A DNA stretch of 35,342 nucleotides from Octopus bimaculoides. Lineage: Eukaryota. Under the pieces are notes generated by a model. It saw nothing but the letters and a program-made list of their open reading frames with translations. It did no database searches and was not told the origin of the DNA. Below, piece after piece: positions 1 through 13,200 of this stretch (positions are counted from its first letter, which is position 1; each line of letters starts with the position of its first letter). The stretch lies in NCBI RefSeq assembly GCF_001194135.2, contig NC_069002.1:3720989-3756330 (forward strand), given 5' to 3'. The position numbers and the translations under genes are program-made.

Positions 1-28
1 ATATATATATATATACATATAGATACAT

Positions 29-63
<35 letters not shown>

Positions 64-414
64 TACATATACACGATGGACTTCTTTCAGTTTCCGTCTA
101 CCAAATCCACTCACAGAACCAATTGATGCCAGCTTGACAATTCATTGAGAAACAGAATCAACTAGATACACAGTAACAAGCAACATTTGGTCAGATTAAA
201 GCTATGTTTTAATAGTCCAATAACAGTACGCAAGATCCGTGGGGGAACAACTAGTTTTCCAATATATGAACTGTAAAAAGCAATATTTTCAGATGTGAGT
301 TTTCAGAGGGGTGGTCAAATATTTACATAGAAAGTCGGTTTTTGAAGATTCTGAAATAAAAACAAGTTGTATGTCTCATATATACATATACATGTATTAA
401 ATGGAGTTTTTTTT

Positions 415-617
415 AGTCCAAACACAGATGTCCTTGCATCTGCAGGAATCACCTCAATTAAAGCTATGATTTTGAGAAACCAAATGAGATGGTGTGGCCA
501 TATTGTTTGAATGGTAGATGAATGCACACCCAAACGGCTGTTTTATGGTGAGCTTGCAGAGGGGAAATGCTATAGGTGTAAACCTAAAAAAAGGTTTAGG
601 GACAAAATAAGGACCAC

Positions 618-618
<1 letters not shown>
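415..618 (+). mobile_element. RTE-clade LINE relic, C-terminal ORF fragment
   Basis: NTDVLASAGITSIKAMILRNQMRWCGHIVWMVDECTPKRLFYGELAEGK..KKRFRDKI matches the RTE post-RT motif LRW.GHV.RM...RLPK.LFYGEL. Confidence 0.8.
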
Positions 619-653
<35 letters not shown>

Positions 654-1102
654 NNNNNNNNNNNNNNNNNNNNNNNNNNNNNNNNNNNNNNNNNNNNNNN
701 NNNNNNNNNNNNNNNNNNNNNNNNNNNNNNNNNNNNNNNNNNNNNNNNNNNNNNNNNNNNNNNNNNNNNNNNNNNNNNNNNNNNNNNNNNNNNNNNNNNN
801 NNNNNNNNNNNNNNNNNNNNNNNNNNNNNNNNNNNNNNNNNNNNNNNNNNNNNNNNNNNNNNNNNNNNNNNNNNNNNNNNNNNNNNNNNNNNNNNNNNNN
901 NNNNNNNNNNNNNNNNNNNNNNNNNNNNNNNNNNNNNNNNNNNNNNNNNNNNNNNNNNNNNNNNNNNNNNNNNNNNNNNNNNNNNNNNNNNNNNNNNNNN
1001 NNNNNNNNNNNNNNNNNNNNNNNNNNNNNNNNNNNNNNNNNNNNNNNNNNNNNNNNNNNNNNNNNNNNNNNNNNNNNNNNNNNNNNNNATATATATATAT
1101 AT

Positions 1103-1170
1103 ATAGAATTACTCTTTAGTATTTCAAGAAATTTTAATGTAATTTTGGTAAATATATCTATTAAAATGAG
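1103..1170 (+). mobile_element. Second fragment of the same Tc1/mariner 3' subterminal region
   Basis: Close match to about 34745-34812 (ttactctttagtatttcaaga..aattttggtaaatatatct.ttaaaatgag). Confidence 0.7.
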
Positions 1171-1187
1171 GTATATAATAAGCATAT

Positions 1188-1278
1188 ACAATGTATTAGG
1201 TCAAAAAATTAGCATACATAATGTATTAGCATAAGAAATTAACACAAATAATGTATTAGTATAAGAAACTAGCATACA
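1188..1278 (+). repeat. ~30 bp tandem repeat, 3 copies (ataatgtattag.ataagaaa.tagcatac)
   Basis: Visible directly. Confidence 0.7.
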
Positions 1279-2459
1279 TGAAATTATACATTGTGTATGT
1301 GTGTGTGTACACACATACAAGTACACATATATACACAAGGTACAATGACTGTGGGATACAGATACTAAATTACTTACCTCAAAGCTGCAAGTTCAAATCT
1401 TTATTCACGGTTCACCTGTTGCACACCATTCCTGAGAATGCTTGTTCCTGTTTATCTTACTAAACAAAACCAACATTCCATCTCTTCAGACTTTCCAATT
1501 GAAATGGTTAACAGTAAGAAAAGTAGAGGTGGTGGTGGTGGTGGTGAGATGGATCAATGAATAATCCACCCCACTCATGTAGGTATGATCCAAACAAACA
1601 AACAAAAAAGAGGGAAAGTTAGCTTACCATCCTTGTATTGTAAAATGAGATAATGAATCCAAAGAGAAGGCATGGTTTCACTTCACTGGAGACATCAAGT
1701 TCTTTGTAAGAGTGTATCCACGCTGGAGTACAGCAGCAAAAGTTGTTAAGGTAGAATGGTTACAGGGGGAACTGGTTGGTGAGAATCAGTGAGCTGAGAA
1801 TACTGTTGGTGGTCAGATGTGAATGAGTGGTGAGTGTGTGTTGAGTAAGTGTGCGTGTGAGTGAGTGAGAATGGTGAACGTAAGAATGTGTTGTGCATGT
1901 GTGTGTGTGAGTGAGTGAGTATGGCAAGTGTAAGAATATATATACAGTTAGTTAGTTAGATAGATAGATAATAATAATAATATATAAGGATAAAATCTGT
2001 ATAAGAATTTATCAAGTAGCCAGTGTGGAAAACCAGTTCAGGAAAAAATTAATACAAAATATATTATTTTTCCCTTTATATATAAATACATTCATTATAT
2101 TAAGGACTGAGATTGTAGAGATGCTGAAAGGAGATGGTTTGATGTATGCTGCATACAAGAGGTAAGATGGAGAGGAGCTTCAGCTAGGGTCCTCACAGGC
2201 AAGGCTCATAGGTATAAAATCTTCTGTTATGGGACTCTGAAGTCAAACTTCAGTTGGAGCTAGTTTGACAGTTGGAGCTAGTTTGTTTATGCCCCATGAC
2301 TGGTAGTTTGGCAAAAGAAATTTTAATTCTGAGATCAATTGTTTGACTAAATAAACCCTTGAAAGAGCTGCCCCAACATGGCTGCAGTTCAATGGCTGAA
2401 ACAAGCAGAAGGTAAAAAGTGTAAACCAGTTCTGCATTATAATACACAAGGAAGGATAC

Positions 2460-2604
2460 CAGCCAAAATCTGAAGTACCAACGATGTTTTCTCTGTGACA
2501 ATACATAAATCATATTTCAAACTGATGCCACCTTCATATTTGTCAGCTAGAGGTGCAGGAATGTGGAGTTTGACTGTCAACTTCTCTTGGAGACCAGCAG
2601 CAAT
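2460..2604 (-). CDS. SPAG17: SPAG17 exon 33/33 (0/1, or read-through to TAA at 2437-2439)
   Basis: IAAGLQEKLTVKLHIP..YDLCIVTEKTSLVLQILA; ATGCAG acceptor; weak GTATCC donor. Confidence 0.88.
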
Positions 2605-2812
2605 CTGCATTGATAAACAATAAAAAAAAATTAGACACCCAATAGATACTTACTTTAAACTAATTACAATGCAACATCAAGGAATATGAGACATTTTGGC
2701 TCGGCCATTGTGGCACTGCTTATTTGGCAATTTCAACACTGGTTTATTTGACATCAAACCTTCTAAAGCTTTTCTTGTTTCTTGCTCTTGCTCTTTATCT
2801 TTATCTTTATCT

Positions 2813-2846
<34 letters not shown>

Positions 2847-4205
2847 AACCCTAAACAAGCACAAAGCTAAAAGTTGGAGAAGAACAATGGTACAGTCAAT
2901 GATTTCTAATATGTCACTCACTGTAAAAAGTCAAGTTCCTTCCCAAGTCACATAGACTTCAAGAGCCACTTTCCTGGTTTCCATGGCATATATATTCTCC
3001 ACCTAGATAGGGCACTGGCTCCTTGCAGGATTACTCATTTTTTCCAGCTGAGTGGACTGGAACAATGTGAAAATGAAGTGTCTTGCTCAAGAACACCAAT
3101 GCATCACCCAGGCCAGGAATTGAAATCACAATCTTACAATCATGAGTCCTACACCCTGACTGCTAATCCACGCACCTCCACAAAAATACGCAAACCCAGG
3201 TAAAATAAAAGATAAAAACAAACAAAAAAAAAACAAAAAAGCAATCAATCACTTACAGGTCCAAGTCGGTAGAGAATCTTCAGGCCAGAAGAAGGAGGTG
3301 GTTGTTTTATTTTAAAGCGGCAGGAATCGACCCCAGTATTTCTAAGAAAGAAGGATTTTTCATAGGTCTGACCCACTCTGACTTTACCAAACTGAATCTC
3401 GTTCACAGACAGTTCAAGGGACTTGGTGAGTTTCATCCTGTCCTTTTCTTGGAGAGAGGAACCAGCGAGTCTACCATTGATCAGTCTGTCGGTGCAAGAC
3501 TGGAAATGAAGACAGAATTAAGAGACCGAAAGTTACAGGCAAGAAGATGCACGGACGCACACGGAATGCAGTGCAAATGCACTCAATACAAGTGTTGGTT
3601 TATTTATGTCCCTATAGCTTAGTGGTTCTGGAAAAGAGACCAATAAAATCGGTATCAGACTTTAAAAATATTTAAGTAGTGGGAGTCAGTTTGTTTGATT
3701 AAAAATTTCAAGACGGTGCCCCAGCATGGCCACAGTCCAATGAGTGAAAACAAGGAAAAGGTAAAAGAGGAAACCCTCGCTGCCAACATAAAAGGGGACA
3801 CAAATACAATGATGTTGATGATGATGGTGATGATGACTACAACTAAAGTGATGACAATGACGACAACAGTGGTGATGTTGATGACAACGATGGTGATGAT
3901 GATGATGACAATGGTGATGATGACAATGGTGGTGATGGTGGTGGTGGTGGTGGTAATATGCATCAAACAAACAAAATATTTCAACTAACAATAAATTAAA
4001 ACAAAAAACAAAAACAAACCTTACCATTTCATTTATCATATCTGGGGAGTGGGTTGTTGGTGTAGAAATAAACAGTTTCGGTAGGATTGTATTACCAGGA
4101 ATTTCTAGTGCTAATGCTTAAAAAAAAAAAGAGAAAGACATATGTACATACATGCCAACAGATATAAACACACATTAGTAGTATAAACAGAATATACATA
4201 TATAT

Positions 4206-4256
<51 letters not shown>

Positions 4257-7200
4257 TATATATGTATATACACATATACACACACACACCATGTACCTCT
4301 TCTATAGAAAGACACCTATTTCTGCCTCTCTATTTCTCAGTCACACTCTAACCATTCGTCATCTGATACTGAATCACCTCCTCCGATGTCCCCTCCATTA
4401 TCACAAGACACCTGTTTCTGCCACTTTGTCCCTTTATCACACTCTAACCTTTCACCCTCTGACATGAGTTCCCCTCCTCAAATTCCCCTGCCCCTCTCAC
4501 AGTTCCATGTCTTGTGAGTTACTTGATGACCCTGCCAGTGCTGATGCCACGAAAAAGGCCTCCAGCCCACACTGTTAAGTGGTTGGCATTTGGAAGGGCA
4601 TCCAGCTGTAAAAATCATGCCAAAACTGACCTCGCCTGTGCTACTGCCACATACAAAGCACTGAGTCCACTCTGCAGAGTGCTTGGTGCTAGGAAGGGCA
4701 TCCAGCCATAAAAACCTTGCCAAAACAGACACAGTGGCATAGGATAGTTTTTCTACTTGGCCAGCTCCAGTCAACCGTCCTACCCATGCATGAATGGGAA
4801 GACGGACGTTAAATAATGATGATGATGATGATGATATACGCTGTAATACGTTACAATAAATAACTGTATATGTGCTTGTATAGATACGTGCTTACATATT
4901 ATATACGTGCATGTCTTTTGTGTTTATGTATGCATGTGATACTTACATATATATATATATATATACATATTTATTACCTAGAGGTTCTGAATGCCTTTGA
5001 AATAGATTTGGTCTAGTGATCTCTGCTAGTTGTTTCAACTGAGGAGCTTCATCTCCAGTTAGGCTGCCTGAATAATTAACAAGAGGTTATTGATGGAAAA
5101 TAGTGTTGGAGGGCAAAGGGACAAGTTAATGTTAGCAGTGTTAATGGTCAATAACAGAAGCCAATGTTAACAGACACTGGTCAGAAGATAGCACTGGAAG
5201 TCAATGTTGGGCAAATGTCAGGTGTTTTAGGGAAACCACAATATATCTTTTAGCATTTACCTGTTTCAGTCATTCGATTGTGACCATGTTGGGTAGGGAC
5301 TATTTAATTATATCAACCCCAAAAGGATGAAAGGCAAAGTCAACTTCAGCGGAATTTGAACTCGGAACATAGCAACAGGCGAAATACCGCTAAGAATTTC
5401 GTCCAGCACGCTAATGATTCTGCCAGCTGACCGTCTTCTTCATCAATCTAATAACACTAACTGTTAACCGACCTTGGAACTGATGCTTCAAACTGACATT
5501 TCTTCAAATTTTTAAAATATCCTTTTTTTTTCTTGCAAAAAAAAAAAAAAAGAGCAAAATAACACAAAATTTACTTTAAGTAAAAAAAAATCGTTTTATT
5601 CTTGTTTAATTATATAAATGATAAATGTGTGATTAAGACACAATCCCTTAATCAGTTAATTGATTGTCTATGACACAAAATCTGTTCAATTATCTAATCG
5701 TTTACTACTCACCACCACCACCACCACCACCACCACAAAACTTGTACAGTACCACAGCTACAAAAGAACCCCTGCACTACAACAATATCATAACAAGATA
5801 CATAGAATAATTACGCACTGGGCCTGTCTGTAAACGGAACATTTGAAATATGTGGGGTCGGATTTGTGGGTCGAACAGATGTGGGTGAAGCATTGCCCGA
5901 AGCATGCGCTGGAGACGGGTTGATGGGTCGCAGTCCCTGGGGAGTTTCAGCTTCTGCAATGTCACCTGAAATAAACAAGGAAGGCTCTATTACAAATTAC
6001 TGCTGGAACAGAACTTTGTCTCCACCACAGAAGCATAGCCAATGATTTTCTCCATTATAATATTATATATTGGCTCCCATGCTGGTGGCACGTAAAAAGC
6101 ACCATTTGATCAGGGTCAATGCCAGTGCCCCCTGACTGCCCCCACCTCCCCTCATGTCAGTGGTGGGAAAAATGAACCCACTACAATCTCAAAGTGGTTG
6201 GCATTAGGAAGGGCATCCAGCTGTAGAAACGTTGCCAAATCAGATTGGATCCTGGTGCAGCCTCCTGGTTTGCCAGTCCTCAGTCAAACCGTCCAACCCA
6301 TGCCAGCATGGAAAGCAGACGTTAAACAATAATGAACGCTGATGTGCCACCTATGAGGAATGAAAAGTAGAGTTTAACTGATGAATAAAATCTAGGAACA
6401 TTACTTGTTACAGTTAGTGAAGAATCTTCTTCTTCTGGTTCTTCTGCAATTCCATTAAAGATGCAATGGTTCTTCAGTTCTTCATCAAGTTTTTCTTCCT
6501 AAAGCAGAAAAATATAACAGGAACATTCACAGTTATGTTTCATGTGTCAAAGTGAGTGACGGCAATAATTTTGTATTATGTTAGGTGAACACTAATAATA
6601 ATGGCTTCAAATTTTGCCACAAGGGCAGCAATTTTGGGGTAGGGAATGAGTTGGTTACATTGACCCCAGTGTTTCACTGGCACTTAATTCATTGACCCCA
6701 AAAGGGTGAAAGGCAAAGTCAACCTTGGCAGAATTTGCACTTAGAATGGAGTGATGGGCAAAATACTGCTAAGCGTTTTGTTCAGTATGCTAACAACTTT
6801 GCCAGCTCACCGCCTTGCTACTAATAATAATAATATCCTATGGGATTTTATGATTCAGTACGACCATGAGATAGAGAATAGGAAACCAGACAAAGTGTTA
6901 ATGGAGAAAGAAAGCAAACGATGCTGGATCATAGATATAGCATTCCCAGCTGACAACAAGGTATGCCATAAGGAAGAAAGAAAAGTCGATAGATACGACA
7001 GGTTAGCTTGGGAGGTTAAGCAGTTGTAGTCGATGAAGAAAGTGGTAGGAGTACCAATAATTGTGGGAGCCCTCAGAACAGTGAGTAAAAATCTTGAGAT
7101 GTACATGGAACAAATAGGGGCTGCAATAAGGGTGCCTCTGCTTTCTCCCCAAAAAATGTTAGCAAAGCCCAAGTTCTCACCTCTTGGTTAGCAAGAAAAG

Positions 7201-10200
7201 TTTTTCCAAAAACACTTTCAAAGTAATTCGGGATAGTTTTGTTACGCAATGCCTTCCTGATGCTTTCATCATAGCAATAATTCTGGGACTTTTCCTTCTC
7301 CACTGGGGGTTCATTGAACACTGATTCAACCTCGACAATTGTCTGGCCCTGGTTCATCGCATTCTCGTACATCTTCTTCACATTGTCTTCAGTGGAGTGT
7401 GAAGGTTGGCATGGAAGATAGAAAAGGAGCAGGAAATGAAAGGTTAATGGTGGGATCTCATCTCATCTAGGTTGTCCCATAGGATGCCCCTAGTGGTGAG
7501 ATGATGTTGGCAATAAGGGGGAATGGCTCAAGATGAGAGAGAGAGAGAGAGACTGATAAATAGATACATACACATACCGAGTTTTATGTACACACACACA
7601 TACATGTACACAGACACATGCATTGGCTCATATACAGACACACATATGCACATACACACATATACACAGACATATACATTCACATGCACACTTTCACACA
7701 GATACATGCACACACACACACACACATGCACACTTACACACACATATATACACACAAAAAAACATATCCATAGACAGATACACACACATATACACTCAGT
7801 CATCATGTTGTAAGAGCTGGGTCAGGCAGCTCCTACCTGGTCGAAAGCCATGCTGGGTATCACCCAGCATGGCCCCAGTCTAATGACTGAAACCAGTAAA
7901 AAGTATCTAAGGTATTTAATGTTGACACATTCCAGCAGATTCAAATGCAAGTATGCTAATCACTGTTGTGTATGTCACAGGAGAACAACTTCACCCTTTT
8001 ACTAATGACAGGGTGTTCATAACACATTTGGCTTATTGCCACAAGGGATTCTGAGACACTGATATTTTGACATGTGTCTTATCTCAACAACCAAAAGTAC
8101 CAGGATCTTTAAGCTTTTAGCATTTAAACTGGCCATAACCAGTCCAAATATTCTACTTGTTTTATGCTCAAACTGGACAAATGTGACCTCTCACATCTAC
8201 TCTACAATATCATACTAAAAATACACAATCACATCATCAAAAGTTTCAAAGCTACGAGATGACATGTGATTAATTCAAAACAATCTGAATAAATAACCAT
8301 TGCATTTGGCTGAATAATATGAATGCTAAAGGGTTAAACCTAAACAAATCACTGACTTTGTTTATAATTTCAGTGAAAAAAACTGTTTGCTGATCAGTGC
8401 TGATATCTACCAACTGCCAAAATATTGCTATGAGATCTGAAATGACTTGTGTATTTATTCTTAAAAACTGAACTCATAAATAAGTACTTACCATTGTTCA
8501 TTATATGCTGAGAGTGCAATTCTGGTAGTTGTTGCACATACGCTTCAATAGATTTGGCCTTGGCCTCTTCCTCTGCTTTCCTCGTGTCAAAAACTGTTAA
8601 ATTCTCCAACTGGAAATGACGCTGGAATTTGTAGTAAATGTAGTTGTAAAGTCCTCGGTGGACTCTGGACAGAGAGAAGAATCAGACATTTAACATATGG
8701 TGTTTAATAGTGAAGATGTAGGGGTTGTACCAATGTAGAGATATGTAGTTATGTATTCATTGTTACATATACGATCTATGTGAAGACACGTGGCTTAGTG
8801 GTTGGGGCATTTGGATCATGATAGTAATGCCATGAGTTCAATTCCCAGTGGCATGTTGTATTCTTGAGCAAGACACTTTACTCCACATTGCTCCAGTCCA
8901 CTCAGCTGGTAAAAATGAGTAGTACATGTAGTTCAAAGGTCCAGCGTTGTCACATTCTGTGTTTGTCACGCTGAATATCCCTGAGAAGTATGTTAAGGGT
9001 ACGTGTGTTTGTGGAGTGCTCAGCCACTTGCATATTAATTACATGAGCAGGCCATTCCATTGATTGGATCAACTGGAATGCTCCTTGTCAAAACCAACAA
9101 AGTGCCAGTTTATGATCTGACAGTGTTGTGTAGAAAATGGTATGAAATGGTTACAATGTTGTAATTATAGCTGGACAAGGTAAGAAATGAAGAACCACAG
9201 CAGAAAGGTGGGCAGCAGGTGCCAGTGGAACAACAGGTCTTGAAGCACAAATAGGGGAAAGGATAGGCTGCTCCTTAAGGAAACTAACATCCTGCATTAC
9301 ACGTCATGTCTTGACACATCTGGAACTCACAAGGGAGATGCAAGAGTGAACACCCTAAAAACAGCCAGAGATTGGATACTGAAGTAAAAGTAAAGACTGC
9401 CTTCGACCATGAATGACCATGGGATTGCACCTAGAAAGTTCCCATCCAAGGTACAAGCTAAGAAGCGCAATCTACCCTTACAAAAATCTAATAAATTACA
9501 AACCCACACAAACACTCACTTTATCTCAGTGACTCTGTACCATGCCCCTATTTCTGTCAGGTGCACAGTTATACTGCTATAACACACACACACACATTAT
9601 GCCTGAACTTACAACTATTGTAAGTTCCCTCTGTAACTTATACTACTACTACTACTACTCTCTTTGATTTCTATAATATACATTCAAACAGCAAAACCTT
9701 GAACCATTTCACATATTCTTCACATTGAATATTTTCAAACTTTCTCACCTGCGCTGAAGATCTTTGTCAAGGTCCTCATACTGTGTAAACTGGCGAGTTT
9801 CCAGAAGATTAGGGCACTTTTTGATTTGATGATCAGTTGATTTTACATTACATAAAGTCTCACTGTTTTCCAGGAAGCCTGGTGGAATGATGGTATTGCA
9901 TTCGTACTCTACAACCCAATTGTCAGAGGCGTTTTTCTGGATCGGCTTCAAATAAGTTATTCCTGACATTCCAGAATTGTCTTGGAAGATGTCTTTTAAG
10001 ACAGTAGCTGTCGGTTGTTGCTCAGTGTCTTCGACAAAGTCATCGACTACATTCTTGTTTAACAATTCATCTACGCAGCCGTCACGATGCAGAATAAAAT
10101 ACCTTGGACTATGCTGGATGCCCTCACGAAATTTATTGTCATCATTGTTTTCTCTTGCCTCTTTCACGATTTCTTTCTCGCCCTTGTAATTGACATAAAA

Positions 10201-13200
10201 GGTGTTGCCTTTGACGTCTGTTGTCTCACAGATGATGTTGGAATTGTGCTTGAAGTAGTAGGTACTTTCAATTGGTGGGTTGCATTTGCTCTGTTGATTT
10301 TCACCAATAACATTCGTATAAATAAAAGACCCATCTAAACCCAATTTCAACATCTCAGATGTTAAAGAACTTCCAAATAGCATACGCAAAAACCCATTTG
10401 AGAACACGTTGATGATGGTACCGTTGCCAATCATAGTATGGTTCTCCTGAGTTTTAATATTGAATTTGATTGTGGCATAACTGGGACATTCTACCATGGC
10501 AAACATGGCCATAGTGATGTTCTCATCTGGAATGTACAAGAGGAATAGTTTTGTATTAAATTTGGAATCAAGAGTACAATAACAAAGAATATTGATGCCA
10601 TATTCAAAAGATAACAACATCTCTCTCTCTCTCCCTATCTATCTATCTATCTCTTTCATATAGACATGCAAGTGTATTATATTCATAAAGCACTTTGACA
10701 ACATCATGAAAGACACAACATTATCACAAACCCACATTTACAAAAGCATAGACAACATTGTCAGACACACAGACATTATCAAACACACACACACAGACAA
10801 CATTATCAAACACACACACAGACAACATTATCAAACACACACACAGACAACATTATCAAGCAGTCATCAAACAGAGATAGCATTATCATATATGCAGGCA
10901 ACATTATCAACCACATATGAAGTTTGTCAGAAAAGAAATCAAACTTTCTAAACAGAACACCAACCAATCAGCACAGCATGCTCGTAAATGCAATGCCATC
11001 ATTCAATCCCAATAAAAGGGACATTGTGTCAACATCAATCTACGAATGCTAGGCTGAACGTATGTTCAGTGCACCTGGTAGATCATCAAAATCTGAACAA
11101 TGTGGGATTTGGAAGAACAACTTAGTGTGAAATTACAAAATACCTTAAAGGAGACTCTTCTAATATTGCAACAGGCCAACAGCGTCACCTGCCAGCAGAC
11201 AATATATTTATATGCATTCACAGGAGAATGCATACAAATATACAAACACATACACAAATATACATACACGCAGACATATATATATAAGTAAACTTACAGT
11301 TTGAATAACTAGCTTTACAGTTTTCAGACATATAAACTTTCTCAAAATAAGAAGTGATTCTGGTGCCGTCCTGATGTTCCACAGTGGTCTTCCCACTTGG
11401 TTCGCTGATCAATATCACATTGTCATCTCTGGTCATCATTGTCTGTAAAAGACGATTCCAAAATAACTCATTGAATGACCATTCACCAAAATTTGTACCA
11501 TTATTAATTTTGGTTTTCATTCTTTTGGAATCCAATAAAATAAGTAGCAGTTGACCACTATGACCAATATAACTGACCTGCCCCCTCCCTTGACATTGCT
11601 GGCCTTGTGCCAAAATTTGAAACAATTATTATTATTATTATTATTATTAATATATATAGGACTGAGGTAACGCCTCCAGAAGATATAAAAGCAAAGATAG
11701 AAGAGTGCCATTGTTATCAAGTGAACTTCATAACAATGACATATTATAATGTAAAAGAAAAGCAAGGAAGAAAGGAGACATTAATATGCGAAAGGGTAGC
11801 AGGCTGGCAGAATCATTAGCAGGTAGGTAGGTCTGTCGTNNNNNNNNNNNNNNNNNNNNNNNNNNNNNNNNNNNNNNNNNNNNNNNNNNNNNNNNNNNNN
11901 NNNNNNNNNNNNNNNNNNNNNNNNNNNNNNNNNNNNNNNNNNNNNNNNNNNNNNNNNNNNNNNNNNNNNNNNNNNNNNNNNNNNNNNNNNNNNNNNNNNN
12001 NNNNNNNNNNNNNNNNNNNNNNNNNNNTTAGAGAGAGAGAAAAATAATAGAAATAAAGAAAAAACTGACCTGTCCAGATTTTACATCTGATTTCATACTG
12101 AACAAGACTTTCGGCAGATATTCCTTCTTGCCGCCCGGATACAAAATAACTTTCTGACCATTTGATTGAATAACTGTCCACTTCATAGTTTTCAAGTCCA
12201 GTTTTTCTATCTCACAGGTCAGTGAAACTATATTAAGGTCAGCAATGTCTGAATGTTGATTGATAAAAATAAAAAGAATAGAATAACAATCAGAAAAAAA
12301 CAAAACATTTATTATATTGTAAAAATTTTTTTTTTTAATTCGTGTATGAATTTTAGACATTTTTAGTCAACTCCACTTGTAAAAGGTAATATGTGTGGTA
12401 AGAAGTTTATTTCCTAACTACATGGTTCAGGGTTCAGTCCCACTGCATGGCACCTTGGGAAAATGTCTTCTATTTTATTGTCAGAAAATGGCCTAAAACA
12501 AAGATAAAACCCAGTCTAGTATACTCAAATCTGATTAATCTGCATTTCTGGGGGATCCCATAGTCGGCGTAAGAAACTTTTTTCAGTCAACAGCAATTCA
12601 AGGAGCTTGATTAATGTTTGTTGCAAATTTGGAGGAAAGCAACTGGATACTCTTCAAGTTACGGGCCTTAACACTGCGAAAATGCTTAAAAAATGTAGTT
12701 TATCAGCCCACGGGCCCACATATTACCTTGCTCGGAAAGAGATAAGACATGGTGACAGAAAGGGTATCTGGCTGTAGAAAATCTGACTCAATAGATTCCA
12801 TCTGATCCATGCAAGCATGGAAAAATGGTTGTTTAACGATGATAATGATGTTGGATCTACATTTTAAATTTGATTTGGTACTTACATATCTACAGTATCT
12901 TACCCACTGAGAACACTATGTTATAGTACCTAGCCATTTCTTGCATCCTACATATTGATGTGCCTAGATTCTATTGAATTATATTATTTATACACACATA
13001 CACACACAATGTAGAGTTCGTGTTTACCAAACCTACACACCAGGATTTGGTTGGCATGGAGCTATAGTAGAAGACACATGCCCCATGTGCCACATAGTGG
13101 AGCTGAACCCCAAAACCATATGATTGGGAAACAAACTCCTTACCACACAGCTACGTCTGTGCTATTTTAATAAACATGAAACCGTAGAGGAAGAGACAAA

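Noticed and set aside
454-1191. 245 aa and 202 aa ORFs
   Set aside because: Mostly the N gap and (TA)n; the informative part is an RTE relic
2238-2285. CTGAAGT-caa-ACTTCAG palindrome and an 18 bp tandem duplication
   Set aside because: Short, next to a SINE fragment, consistent with local slippage
3655-4039. His-, Thr- and Met-rich ORFs
   Set aside because: Compound GAT/GGT microsatellite
4310-4450. ~100 bp imperfect direct duplication
   Set aside because: Degenerate pyrimidine-rich sequence beside a family C repeat; no evidence of function
5777-5965. ORF-track peptide MTLQKLKLPRD..
   Set aside because: Wrong frame for the main phase-compatible gene model
7523-7883. HTHT/CVCV-type ORFs (also at about 15056, 16474 and 30738)
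   Set aside because: CA/TA dinucleotide repeats
9977-10338. Plus-strand ORFs antisense to the large exon
   Set aside because: Shadow ORFs with no recognisable motif
10750-10860. Spaced direct repeats resembling a CRISPR array
   Set aside because: No unique spacers, eukaryotic intron context, no cas genes; a minisatellite
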